Positions 1-12,011 of a stretch of 64,000 nucleotides of DNA are shown in pieces. The notes under the pieces are model-generated. The model made no database searches, was not told the DNA's origin, and saw only the letters and a list, made by a program, of their open reading frames with translations. The position numbers and the translations under genes were made by a program. The stretch lies in NCBI GenBank assembly GCA_028534125.1, contig CM052816.1, forward strand, positions 14,448,001 to 14,512,000, given 5' to 3'. The stretch's first letter is position 1, and each line of letters starts with the position of its first letter. This DNA is from Lama glama. Its lineage: Eukaryota.

Positions 1-699
1 AGGGATGTCCAGCAATCAAGCCTATGTTCTTTTTATCAGCCAAACAAAAAGGAAAACAGAGAAGGGGCTGGGCATAGCCAACTCTCATCTCAAAGCCTTT
101 GCTCAGACTATTTCTCCTGCCCGTGATATTTTTCTGCCTCCATCATCAGGCCTTCCCATCCTATTCTGTTCTAGAACCTTCAGACCACACTCAGGCTTTA
201 AACACTCTTTTGGCACTGACTTAATATACAAGGCTTTTTCTAGGAACTAAACTGTTTCAGGAGTACAAGCCCTGTCCCCTCAATTATACTGTAAAATCCT
301 GGAGGCAGAAGCAGAAAAAGAGTGTAGAAGAAATAACTCTGCATAGGGTGAAGGCTCTATACAAATGCAAAATATGATTATGGCTTATGCTCCCTTTGTG
401 TTCTGCCACAGTGCTTAGCACTTACTGAATAAATGAATATGTGTATGAAGGAAGGAATGGGCAAGAAAATTCTCAGAAGAGACTGTCTGCCTATCAAAAT
501 CACAAAAAGCTAATGAGGTAGAAGCCGGGTACCATTCAGCTAGCAGTGAATTAGTCACCTCCTGTCTGCCTGGAAACTCGTTGTGGAGGGTTCACAGAGC
601 CCTCCGTCCTTGAGGAGAAGACTTGAGAGGACAAAGGATACCCCGTCCCCATTCCCCACACTGGGTCCCCGATCCAGCCCCTCTGCCTCTAACCTACAC

Positions 700-1396
700 C
701 AAGTCACCATCGCATTTTGCTTACCTATCAGTACCAGCTCCAATCCAGTCTGTTTCCCCTCTGGCTTCCCTACAATCCACGTCTGTCTACACAACAGCCA
801 GAGAGATCTTTGAAAAAGTAAATCAGATTATGTGACTAACCTGCTTCCTGCCCCAGCATAAAACCCTCCAATGGCTTCCTGACTCACTTTAAAGATCCAC
901 ACATCACCGCAGCTCAGGAGGCCTGGTCTGATCTGGCCCCCCCGCTTGCTTCTCTGACTTCATCTCTATTCTTCTGGTGATCACTAAGCTTCAGCCACAC
1001 TCACTTTTCTTTTGTTCCTTTAACAAACAAAACTGCCTGCCTCAGGACCTTTGCACTTGCTGCTCCCCCCTGCTCAGAAAGCTCTTTCTCCAGATGGAAA
1101 CAAGACTGGCTTGTTTTTGTCAGTCAGCTTGAGGATCTTCCCAACCATGAGGCCTTCCAAATCACAGTTGCTCCTTGTCCAAGTCACTAACACATCTCCT
1201 TGTTTAATTTTCCTCATAACATTGAACACCATTTGAAATTTTATTTTTTATTTGTTTGCCAATTTTTTGTTTTCCTCCCCCTCAATACATGTCAGCTGCA
1301 TGAGAGTAAGGACTTTGTCTTATGAATCACTGTATCCTCAATAACTAAACTGGGCCTAGCAGAAGGTGAATGCTTAATCCATTTGTACTGAATGAA
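700..1396 (+). mobile_element. LINE2 3' fragment in DELE1 intron 7
   Basis: L2-like blocks 'cagccagagagatcttt...aaaccctccaatggcttcc', 'gacctttgcacttgctg' and a tail ending 'tgaatgaa'; boundaries approximate. Confidence 0.7.
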
Positions 1397-1609
1397 CCCC
1401 AGCCTCTCACCCACCTGCCCACTAGACTCCAACAGATGCTGCTGGGAGTCTGGGTCTCCATATGAGAAGGTCTGAAACAAGCCAAGTCACTGCAGAGAAC
1501 AGGACAAATAGTAGAGGGGCATCTAGAGTCTCTAGATGTGGGCAAGGAAGTGCTCCTATTCATGTACTTGATGGCCTGTTTCACACCTCAGGAGTCTGTT
1601 CCTGCCTAA

Positions 1610-1980
1610 GTGTGGCAGATAATGCAAGGTGTCCTCCAAGATTTATCTTCTCCTCCTTACACAGTAACCGAATTTTCAGGGAACTGTAATCAATCAGCTA
1701 AAGACATTTCCCAGGTTCCTTGTGATTAGGATGGCCGTAAGTCTTCATTCAGGACAATGATCTGTGCAACTTCTATGCTGGGAAGGAGGGGTCCTTTAGC
1801 TTTCCCACACCTCCCCTTCTAGCTGGCTAGAATTTCAATAGGAGGCAAACCGGACCTTGAGATGGAAACCCATTTTAAGAATGGCAGAACCATCTGACTG
1901 AAAATAGGTCGCTGACACCACTGTGCCACCATGGTCTACCCATCTGAGAGAAAATAAACTCTCTCTTGTGTAAGCCACTC
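1610..1980 (+). mobile_element. MaLR LTR (MLT1J/K-like), decayed
   Basis: Starts 'tgtggcaga', contains 'catttcccagg...tgattagg..ggcc' and ends 'gagagaaaataaactctctcttgtgtaagccact', resembling late MLT1 LTRs. Confidence 0.5.
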
Positions 1981-2059
1981 CCTACCCCGACTCTGTTTGA
2001 TCTACCCCATACCCTTTCCATTTTCCCATCCTGTCTTGAGGCAGAGTCCACCCCCTTAC

Positions 2060-2156
2060 CCAGGAGGTTGAAAGCAATGGAAACACTGAGCTGGAAGAGC
2101 TGCTGAATGGAAGTCACGGCCTCCTCAAGGGAAAGAGTTTTTGATTTCTCTTGTTC
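2060..2156 (-). CDS. DELE1: DELE1 coding exon 7 ([33 protein letters not shown]); the gene continues beyond the left edge
   Basis: Minus-strand acceptor ttccacag|GAA, donor CTGG|gtaagg, 97 nt; peptide matches recalled human DELE1 just before the TPR/Sel1 repeats. Confidence 0.93.
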
Positions 2157-2246
2157 CTGTGGAAGAAATGTAAAGACTCATCATAGGACAGTTCACCTGC
2201 CCAGGGGAATGTTACGGGGATCTGGGTGGTCAAATGGGGACAATAC

Positions 2247-2335
2247 CTGCTTTTCACCAGGGGGCTGAGGCTGGGCTGGCTTTGCCTCTGACTTGAAGCT
2301 ATTGCTGGCCTCCAGGAAGCCAGTGTCACTGGGAT
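2247..2335 (-). CDS. DELE1: DELE1 coding exon 6 (DPSDTGFLEASNSFKSEAKPAQPQPPGEKQ)
   Basis: Acceptor cttgcag|AT, donor CAG|gtattg, 89 nt, phase 1 to 0; SEAKPAQPQP matches DELE1. Confidence 0.9.
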
Positions 2336-2598
2336 CTGCAAGGGAGAGGGCCGACATCCACCAGGGTAAAGGGGGAAAGGTGCTATTTCTCCTTTTTTCC
2401 CACTCTCCCAGTCCACCCAGCCCCTCCATCCAGCACTACTGCCAGGAACCCAGATAATTCTAAACTGCCCCAGAAAGCCTGGGGGCTTCCAGGAATGACA
2501 GTTCCCTTATCTGCCATTTGCAGCAACAAATGTCCATCTGCCCAGCTCCCCACCCCCACCCCACTGGCCTGCTGCTGACTTAGGATGAGGGGCCGTAC

Positions 2599-2760
2599 CT
2601 TCCTCAGAGGGACCCTGAAGACCAGCTGCTCCCAAGGAGCTGTGTGAAGAGAGGCTCTCGGGCTGAGTGGCGGTTTCCTCGTGACCCAGCCTGAGTTTCC
2701 TGAGGCCAGAGTGCCTAGGAGCCGGGTGGTCAGGGCTGGGCAGAACGTACCTCCGCAGTG
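2599..2760 (-). CDS. DELE1: DELE1 coding exon 5 ([29 protein letters not shown]...GPSEE)
   Basis: Acceptor cttttcag|CA, donor AAG|gtacgg, 162 nt, phase 1 to 1; aligns to recalled human [29 protein letters not shown]. Confidence 0.9.
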
Positions 2761-3104
2761 CTGAAAAGAGCCAGTGAGAGCGCTCACGTCAAAGAGGATC
2801 AGTTCAGCCTGCTCGGGGTGACTGAGCCCTCCCTGAGGTCTGGAGGGGCCAAAGGAAGAATCTGGGAACTCCTGTGACGCATCCTTCGCGTGCCCCCTTC
2901 TCCATTTCCTCACTTGGCTTTCCTCTGCAAGGGTGGAGAGGGTGCCATCTTTATGCTGGTCCCCCATCTTAAGCGTAAATCACTCCTCTGCTTGAATTCT
3001 TCCAGGGGCAGGGAGACATCTACCTTATTCTCTGTTCCAGTGCCAGCACCTAGCACTTTGACGGTAATATTGATAATGATTATAATCATAATAATAAGGG
3101 CAAG

Positions 3105-3355
3105 AACTTACACTAACACCTGCGGAGCACTTCCTACGTGCCAGGCACTGTCCTAGGTCCTTGACGTGTATTAACTCAATTTAGTCCTTGCAAGAAACCT
3201 ATGGCGTGGGTTTTATTATTACCCCCTTTTATAGATGAAGAAACTGAGACACAGGGAAGTTAAAAGTGACTTATCTATGGAAACAAAACTAGTACCAGCA
3301 GTTCTGGGCTTGAACCCTGACAGTGGGACTCCAGAGCCTTAACCATCATGCTGCT
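3105..3355 (-). mobile_element. MIR SINE
   Basis: Reverse-complement MIR core 'ttttatagatgaagaaactgagacacagggaagttaa'. Confidence 0.8.
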
Positions 3356-3726
3356 TTGACTCTATACCATGGCACATAACAGCTATTTAGTAAAGATTCA
3401 CTTATTAATGAATGATTGACCAGAGAATGACCTAACCTAACCTGGCTGGTGGGTAGGCAGGAAGCCACACCTAGGATGTAAAACAGCCTGGACTCCTTTG
3501 GGGCTCCCTCCACAGACGGTGAGGGGACGACATGGGAGGACCCTGGAGGGCAGGTGTGGTTTGCACCCTGGGCGGACAGAACTTCCTCACATTCCCCTTC
3601 CTCTGACTACAGATAGGAAAGGCGAGGAGCTGCTGATGGCTCTTTTCCTGAGGTGTGTCCAGAGATGCTTCCTGGCCTAGAGAAACTCCCAGCCCAGCCC
3701 TCCTGTCCCCGGGATTGAGAGCTCAC

Positions 3727-3874
3727 AGGAGTGCAGGGGCCACAAGGGAGATGAGAGGAAACGGTCCAGGGGGCTGCGCCAAGAGCAGTGCTCCGCTCGC
3801 CGAGGTCCTGCTGGCAGGGACGCCTGGAAGTGGATCTGCCTTGCCAGTTGCAGGGCCAGCACAGCCAGAGTGCC
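3727..3874 (-). CDS. DELE1: DELE1 coding exon 4 ([49 protein letters not shown])
   Basis: Acceptor ttccgcag|GGC, donor CCT|gtgagc, 148 nt; [23 protein letters not shown] matches recalled DELE1. Confidence 0.95.
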
Positions 3875-5339
3875 CTGCGGAAGACAGCATATCAGGGGAC
3901 ACAGCCCTCTGCCAGGCAACTCCCTCAGGCTCAGCCTTCAGCTCCAACACCACTTCCTCGAGAAGCCTTGCCTGACTCCTGGCTGCGGCCGCTCCCCTAC
4001 TACACACTCTCAGAGCACCCAAACCTCCCCTCTTGAGCCCTGAGTGCGCTGCTAGTTAAATAGTCATTTCTACAGTGAGTTATCAAGGTCTGTCTCTCCT
4101 GTTAGTCTCTAAGCACCATGAGGGCAGGAACCTTGTCTGTTTCGTTCACCAAGGTATCCCCGGTGCCTGGCAGAGCACTAAGATATAGTATTAATGAATA
4201 AATGCGTGAGTGAGTGACTGAATAAACAGAGTTGAAGTAGGCAAAAAGATGATGTGGTAAGTTTGGGCTTGGCCACAGCTGCAGCCAGATGCAGACAGGT
4301 CAGCATTTCCCATAAGGCTCACTCTTACTCTAGCCTGGCACAACCCCCCTCCTTGCCAACCCAGCCAGCCCACCACACACACATTCACAGATACAGGCTT
4401 GTTGTAGGTGTCTCTTCTCTGACAGGTCTGCAGAAGACCCGAGCTAGCTCCTAGTCCAGTGACTGCCTGGTTTTCCCTGTCCCTTCCTGTGTTGTGCATA
4501 GGAAGGGACACCCAAATACTTATTTGTTGCCACAGGCACTGTGTACAGTGGGAAACAAGACAGACCCAGTCTCTGCCCTCATGGAGTTTATATCTTCATT
4601 GAGGGAAAAAGACAAAATCCAAGTACACAGAGAAATAAATAACTACAAATTATGCTAAATGCCACTAAGGAAACAAATCAGGAGTTCACACAGAGCATGA
4701 GAGGGAGCCCTGACAGGATAGCGAGTCAGACAAAGTCTCTCTGTAGAAGTGTGCTGTGTGCACTGAGGCCAGAAGGAAGAGAAGGTTCCAACAATGTCAA
4801 TAGTGGGGATATGTATCCGTGGCACTGGAGATAGCTTGTGCTCAGGCCCCTTCACCTGGGCAGTAGTGACAGAGCTGAGGGAAGGCATCAGGCCACTGGG
4901 ATCTAGGCTCAGATCTTTGACAAAATGGGAAAACACTCCCCTCTCCAAGGTGTGTTATGCCCTTAGTCCACAGCTCCGCAGGAAGACATGCTTATGGCAT
5001 GGAGACATTCCAGGCTCAGCTCTGCTGATGACACCAAGTCAGAGATAAGACAACTGATGCTTGGAAAGGTCAGATCACTTGCCCAAAGTACACAGCATGA
5101 AAGTAAGAGGGATGAGATGTGACAGACACAAGAGTGATGTGAGTGGCAACTTCATTTGGAATATCTTATAAGCAGAACCTGGAAGGCAAAGATGCTGCCC
5201 TGTTGAGACACAGTATTAGCTACTGAGCATCTGACTTTATAGATCAGATTGAACAAATATTTATTGAGCAACTATTATGGGGCCAGGATTTGTACCACGT
5301 ACTTTTACGAGCCATACTAGGTGCAGCAACCAAGCTGGT

Positions 5340-5560
5340 ACAGCATTGGAGCTAAGAGCAGGAGCTCCAGAGTTAAATCTGGTTCCTCTGCTTAACAGCT
5401 GTGTGACCTTAAGAGTGTTACCTAAAGCTTCAGAGCCAGAGTTTCCTCCTCCAATAAAATGGAGATTGTATTTCCTTTGCAAGATTTTGTAAAGATTAAA
5501 GAAGACAATGCATATATAATTCTTTACATTAATAAATAAAATATTAGCTAGTTACTATTA
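5340..5560 (+). mobile_element. MIR SINE
   Basis: 'agctgtgtgacctt...cagagtttcctcctccaataaaatggagat' MIR core. Confidence 0.7.
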
Positions 5561-5870
5561 TTTAGTTGTAAGCTTCATGAAGGCAAGAATCATATCGACC
5601 TTGTTCTCTGCTATGTCACTAAGTGCCTAGCAAAAATGCCTGGTTCAGAGAAGATACTAAATAAATGTTTACTGAATGAGAGGAATAAATACGTGGGGAG
5701 CAGGGAGAAGGGGAATGCGATATTTCCCCAAATATGCTCCAGCACCATGGGTTACTCAAATCTTGAGTGTGGGCACAATGATGCCCAAGCTCTTGTTTCT
5801 AGGCTATACTTCAACACAGGAGCATCGTCATTCACACTGAAGGTCAAGGACAGGACTGGGGAAAACTTAC

Positions 5871-6000
5871 CCACGATATGGCATCCCAAAACGTGTTCCG
5901 GGAGACACGGGGAGACGTCCACTGGAAGGCATCTTTCCATCCATGGGACCTTGGGCCCCTGCTTGTGCCTGGGCCTGGGCCTGGGCCATGGGGGCCGGAC
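5871..6000 (-). CDS. DELE1: DELE1 coding exon 3 ([43 protein letters not shown])
   Basis: Acceptor catctag|G, donor TGG|gtaagt, 130 nt; [13 protein letters not shown]...WDAISW matches DELE1. Confidence 0.95.
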
Positions 6001-6094
6001 CTAGATGATGCAATAGAGACTATCGAGTTCTGTCCCAAGTTGGGGGAGAGGGAGGCCAGGGGAGAACATGGGTGATGGAATGGCAGTTTCTCAC

Positions 6095-6209
6095 CTGTCA
6101 AAGCTGGGCACAGGGACGAGGAGGTTGGAGGACGTAGTCTGAGGCCCATCTGGGCTGGTGGACTTAGGGGTTACCCCACGGAGGCCAGATCTGGACAGAT
6201 GGGGAAGAG
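6095..6209 (-). CDS. DELE1: DELE1 coding exon 2 ([39 protein letters not shown])
   Basis: Acceptor ctgcacag|CT, donor CAG|gtgaga, 115 nt; [16 protein letters not shown] matches DELE1. Confidence 0.94.
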
Positions 6210-6339
6210 CTGTGCAGAACAAGGATCAGTCACTTCGACATGAACAGATTGAGGCAGTGGTGGCCCCACCAATCTTCCCTATGACCACTGACAGAGCCCC
6301 ACCCCAGGAACCCAGGAATCACTGGTACCTGCTTCTGCA

Positions 6340-6505
6340 GAGATTCTTAAACAAGTTTACAGGTGGGAATCTTAGGCCTAGGACAGATTCCAGCATGCCA
6401 CCCCACAACCAATAAACCAGGATTATTCAGAGTTGAGTATCTATATTTTGAAAAAGTCCCCTGGGTGATTCTGATGCCCTCCCAGGGCTGACAACCACTG
6501 TTCTA
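6340..6505. mobile_element. MER5-type hAT DNA transposon remnant
   Basis: 'cccctgggtgattctgatgccctcccagggctgacaaccactg' resembles a MER5 terminus. Confidence 0.55.
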
Positions 6506-6699
6506 AAATGACTAGTCATTCATACACAAACACTCGCTCTAGGTTTGGAGCTCTTTGTCTCTAAATCCTGCCTCTCTTCATTGGCCTTGCCTACTCGATT
6601 GGCCTCCACTAACCCCATCACTGTCTCTGCCCGCCATCTCCACTTGACTCCTCCCCTTCCAGTAGCCCCACCCATCTCTTTGGATCTAAGCCCCACCCT

Positions 6700-7520
6700 T
6701 TCCCACTGGTCACGCCCACACCCCAAATTCCCTCGGCTCAGAACTCCGCATCTACCCCCGCCCCTTAGAGCCCCGCCTCTCCTCTGCTCTAACCCCGCCC
6801 ACCAGTGCTTTGGCTCCGTCCTCCAGCCCGCCCCCTCCTCGGTTCCAAGTCTCAGCGGCCACAGACCCGCGGTTCCGGCAGCCCTTACCCCGGCCCAGGA
6901 GACCCGGGAGCCGCCACATGTCGTCGCCAACACCATAGGGAGATCGCAGCCGAAAGAGCGAGGCCAAAGCGCGGGACGGCGGCTAGAGTGGCCGCGGTGG
7001 CGCCTTGCGAGCGGCCGAGTCCCCCAGGAAGCTCTCCGCCAGCCAATTAGAAGGGAGCCCAGCCGGAAGGACGGACCCAGCGAAAGGAAGTGGGGGTGAG
7101 GCGTATTTGGGGCCGCGGGGAGGTGAACTGAGACAAGGGCACCGGGATGTGGGCCCGGCCTTCCGTGGAGGAAGTGTCATTGGCCCGCACAAGAATGAGG
7201 GGATCGCGCAAAGGCGGGGGTCGTAGGTGGCGGAGCAGAACCTCCTCAGACGCAGGACCATTGAGAAGCGGGGGAGGGTGGCCTCGGTGGTGCGAGACGA
7301 CCTTGCCAACACCGTGGAGACGCGAAGGGACAATCTTCCCCAGGCCCCAAGGCTAGAGGTGGTGGGAGACATCAGGCCCAGAGCGTGGAGGAGAGGAGCC
7401 TTAGGGTCTGACAGAGGAAGCCAGTAGTCCGAGCTTTCTGCCCAAGGCCCAGGCCCGACTGCGTAGGCGATGAAAAACTCTGCGGGTGGGGTTCCGATTC
7501 CCGGGATCTACCCCTGTCTC
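6700..7520 (-). promoter_or_regulatory. DELE1: DELE1 CpG-island promoter
   Basis: CpG-dense stretch over exon 1 with CCAAT (~7043; ATTGG ~7180), ETS cores (CCGGAAG ~7063, AGGAAGTG ~7086) and GC boxes. Confidence 0.85.
6889..6919 (-). CDS. DELE1: DELE1 coding exon 1 (MWRLPGLLGR), start of the mitochondrial targeting sequence
   Basis: ATG at 6919 (gacATGt), donor GGG|gtaagg, 31 nt; MWRLPGLLGR is the recalled DELE1 N-terminus. Exons 1-7 join in frame (772 nt). Confidence 0.95.
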
Positions 7521-8039
7521 ACTATACTAGCCTCTGGCCGAGCCATTCGCCTGTCTGGGTCTCAGTCTGTGCCACGATAGAGTCAGATGGGGTGATCTCG
7601 ACTGGTCCTTCCTGGTTTGACAAGGACAACTTGAAGGGCTGCTTTCAAAATACCTGAGAGGAGACTGGCCTCCAGGCCTCCCGTATGTTAATCAGATCTC
7701 CTATCTTCAGACCCAGCCAGTGTTGTCCGTGTGTTCTTTTGTGGCAAAGAATCTGTCCTCTTTCACCACACTTAACATCCATGAAATAAAGGACCTCAAA
7801 TTCAAGTGTAAGTTGCTTATAGTCCCTCCTCCTTCCCCCCAGGTATATGATTTCTAGGTTGGTAGAAGTCACTACCTGGGGTAAAAGAGTACTTCAGGTA
7901 CCAACTTTTAGACCCAGGCATGCTATATGACCACTGAAGTAATTTTTTCAACAACTTTTGAGCCATATGTCAGCCACCATCCTAGAATCTGAAAAGACCA
8001 ATGAATTAGGAGCACTTAGAGCCTCCAGGAAGACCTGGT

Positions 8040-8270
8040 CCAGCGATGAGAGCTGTCTCTGGAGTTTCAAAGATGATTTGAATCCCAGCTGTCTTACTTC
8101 CTTGCTGTGTGTTCTCGGGCAGTTTACTTAACCACTTTAAGCCTTAGGTTCTTTATCTATAAAATAGGAAAAATAATACCCCATACAATTGCTGTGAGGC
8201 TTAAATAACACATTTAAAATGTTTAGCATAGTCCCTGGCACATAATAAAAGCCAAATAAATGTAAGTTTT
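8040..8270 (+). mobile_element. MIR SINE
   Basis: 'ttgaatcccagc...gctgtgtg...ggcagtttacttaacc...tatctataaaatagg...cctggcacataata'. Confidence 0.75.
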
Positions 8271-9667
8271 TATAAATTGCAGTGGTAGAGGTGAGTAGGT
8301 GGAAGACATAGACACATTCCGGGAGAAGCGTGAGCACTGGGTTGTAGGATACCACGGAAGGATTCAGAAAAGCAGTTGCCTTTGAGCTGGACCTTGAAAT
8401 ATGAGCAAAAGTTCACCAGGTGGAGAAGGGAGAAAGGCATTGCATGTGGAAGAAACTGAATAAAAGCCCACAAGTGTGAGTATTGGGAAACGAGAAATAC
8501 CCTTGCTTTGGGATTTGGGGCAGCCACTTCTCACATTCCTTGTGTTATCACCTCAATAGAAAATAACAACCATGCTGGTGTGGCTCCCTTCTTGTTCCTG
8601 GCACTTCTGCATCCTTCTTCCTTGCAGCTAGTCTGCACTTGGTTTCATTCCTCAAGGCTCGGCCACATCCAGCTCTTCAGTGACAACTCCCCAACAGCTG
8701 GAGCCCTCGCTGCTCTCCACTTTTCCCAATTCCTGTAGCATTTAATTCCTTACACAATTTTGCAGTAATTGTATGTTGTCCCATTATTTAATTATCTCAT
8801 TTGTGTAAGTCTAGTCTCCCCAGCTCTCTCCGTCAGGGCAGGGATGGCATTTTCCTATTCTGCATCCCACATAAGGCTTGACACAAACTGTCAGCCCACA
8901 GAAGATGCTCAAACAATGCCCGCTGACTTGACTGGACATCTTGTGCTGATAATGATTACAGCCACCAGACCCCAGTCACGAGATTTATTGATGTGAGTGG
9001 AAATATATTCCTTTCACATACATTGAGTGCCCTCCGTGTTGAAAGCAAGTTGAAAGTTTTTGAAGAAGATAAGCTGTCTGTTCTGATATGTCAAATGGCA
9101 TTCTGATGTCTCTTGTCCCTGGAAGCCTGGGAACACTAACAAACCATTTGAGTGAGGGGTGCTTGGCGAGGGCAGCTGGCGTTCCCACTGACGCACCACG
9201 TCACCTGGTCAGTGCTGCCCAGAGGAGTACCATCGGGGATGACAGCTTTGTTTCCTTGACTTTAGCTTTGCCTGAACTTCCAGGCCCAAACCATTAGCCA
9301 TTCTCTTCTGCTCCCAAGGTTGTTCTGTGTTGCTGGCTTGTGGCCCAAAGTCAGTCTGACTCAATCCCTCTATAAGGGTATGCTGACTAACTTATACTGG
9401 GAACTTACTGCCCTGATGTCCAGTTAATCACCTTCCCTTGGTACCAGTGTGAACTCAACAAAGTGAGTATTCCAGACATTTGTTGTTGCCTTTGTTTTTG
9501 TAGACATTCTTAATTTGCACTAATCAAGTGTAGAAGATCTTATTCTGCGCTGGAGAATGTCCTGAGTATATAATAATTTTTTTTTAATGGATATGGTTCC
9601 TGCCTTCACGGAGAAAATAGTCTATCAGGGCAAAAAAACTCAGCAGACAATTAAAATCCAGAATGGT

Positions 9668-10110
9668 CCTTTAGTTATGTATTGCAGCATAGCAAACACT
9701 CTAAAATTTAGTGGCTTAAAACAATCATTTTATTATCTCTCGTAGTTCTGTGAATTGACTGGGCTCAGCTGAGCAATTCTGCTGGTCTCACTTGGGGTCT
9801 GTCATGAGGTGGCAGTCAGATGGCAGCTGGGGCTGGGGCCCTGTGAAGGCTCAACTAGGCCTCTTTCTTTCTCCATGTAATCCCAGGGTCTCTCCAGCTG
9901 GGGAGCTGGATTTCTTAAATAGTGGATCAGAGCTTCTAAAAGTATGAAAGTGGAAACTGCCAGGCTTCCTCAGGCTTCGGCCTGGCCCCTCACAGTGACT
10001 TCTCCTACACTCTTGGTTAAAGCCATTCACAGAGTCAGTCCAGAATCAGGGTGAGAGGGGAGGACACACGGACCCAAATACTGGGAAGTGTGGTTTTATG
10101 TGGGGGAAGT
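9668..10110 (-). mobile_element. MaLR LTR (MLT1G/H-like)
   Basis: 'ttagttatgtattgc...aaaatttagtggcttaaaacaatcattttattatctctc..gttctgtg..ttgactgggctcagctg' is the usual reverse MLT1 signature. Confidence 0.7.
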
Positions 10111-12011
10111 ATGGGATGCTACGGGAACACCTAGGGGGGGCCCATAACCTAGGTAGGGAAGTCAGGAAGACTTTCTGGAGGCAGTGACATCTAAGCTGAT
10201 GAACCCGAATGATGAGGTCAAGGAACTAGCCAGATGAAGAAGGGAAGGGAAAACACAATTCAGGCCAGGGAAACAGCTGGTGCAAAGACTCAGGGAGGCA
10301 AAGAGAGCACAATTTAAGATCAGTGTGGCTGTAGCTAGGGCGGGTGATTGTGGAGGGCGTGGAGAGGTAAATGGGGCAAGAGCATAAAATCTTGCATAGC
10401 GACCACACCCCATGTCTGGACTCTGTCCTGAGGGCATGAAACATCAAAGAAGGAAGGAGGGGCATTATCAGGCCAGGGGGATCCTAAAAAGGCTCTTGGC
10501 TACTGTGTGGGGGACAGTTTGGAGAGGGTCAGGCCCTCATTTTCATCCTGTCTCTTCTAGCCAGTGACCTCACCTTGTCACTGAGAAGGCTGAGTCATCA
10601 CCTCAGCACCAATATCAGTTCTTTTTGCTTTTTGTTAGTAGGAATTTGTATTATTAAAAATGCAAACTCCTTTTTACAAGTTTTTGTCTTTGTTTTAAAA
10701 AAAGCAAAAAAAAAAAATTTTTTTAAGCATGTCATAGAAAGCCTTTTATACCCTGTAGGATGTGGACCTGAGGTTGGCCAGGTGGTCAAACTGTTTTTCC
10801 CTAAGTGTGAACCATGTTAAGGAAGAGCCTGCCTGCAAAGAGCAGGGACCATGCTAGGCTCAGTGGATTCGACCTCCCACTTAAGAAAGGATCAGTGAAA
10901 GGAGATTCTACTCTAGTAAAAAGTCAAACAGTACTAAAAGGCTTATTACAGAACCCAGGAGATGCTGGCCACACACAGCTCTCTCCCTTCTAGTCCTACT
11001 CCTTAGAGGCAATCATTTTCAACTCTTGAAAGTTTCAGGAAGCAGCACAGAAGAGTACAAGTTCTGGAAGGGAGACTGTGGCATCCAACCAGGTCTCCCA
11101 CTTACCAGCTGGGTGACCTTGGTCAAGGGAATTCTAGTATCTTTTACCTCAGTTTCCTCATTTGAAAGATGGGCTTGAGCATTGTACCCTTCCCATGACA
11201 AAGCATAAATTGCCTGGCACATGGTCAGCAAAGAGTGATGTGAAGAGGGATGGAACTTGTGAGCAGCTGGGAGCCCCGCTGTGGATGTTTAGTCGCACAC
11301 TGTACAAATAAATGCAAGGCATCAATGTGAGTTAGAGGAAATGACAAGAACACAGACTCATTTGAAGAGGTCTGTCTCTTTCCTTTGTTCTAAGGCCAAA
11401 CTCTGTGTGTTTGCTCTTAGTCCCATTCACTTCCTATCTCTTCTAGACCCTTGTCTCTATAGTTATCCTGACCCTCATGACGAGCATACATCTCTCTACT
11501 AGTTTTTTTTTTCTCCATGAAATATACACAGGTCTTTCCTATCTTGGGGGAAAAATTCTTTATTTGATCCTCCCGCCCTTTTCAGCAACCATTCTGTTTC
11601 GTTCTCTCTGCTGCCAGGTTTCTAAGTAACACATTCTGCCTCCCATTCCTTCACAACTCCCTCACTTTTCAGCTGTCTCCCAGTTTCCATTGCTGTTCTT
11701 CTGACACAAAGACCACCTCATTAACCACCAGTGGGCCGTGGCTCAGTCAGTCTCCTTGATCCAGAGCTCTTGACTCAGTGGGCCATCCACTTCTTAACTT
11801 TCACATAACTGCCTCATCATTCCCCTTCCTTATTTCTGTCAATTGTATCATTTCCCCAAGCCGTTCAGGAATAAACCTTGAACTCCGGGTTGGCTCAACT
11901 CTGCCTTTCTCTACTCACCAGCATATTACTTTTGACTCTTATTGCAAAGATTAGAAACTCATGGTAGCCAGCTTTTGAGAAAAGTTTTATCAGGATACAG
12001 ACAAGTCAGGG

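Noticed and set aside
1..2059. Further DELE1 exons (TPR/Sel1 repeats)
   Set aside because: No minus-strand match to the expected next peptide (TENMKSGDHTAAFSYF-like); the region is intronic repeats, so exon 8 lies outside the window.
6987..7004. CTCF-like 'gtggccgcggtggcgcc' in the DELE1 promoter
   Set aside because: Spacing is two bases short of the CTCF core; not supportable without a matrix scan.
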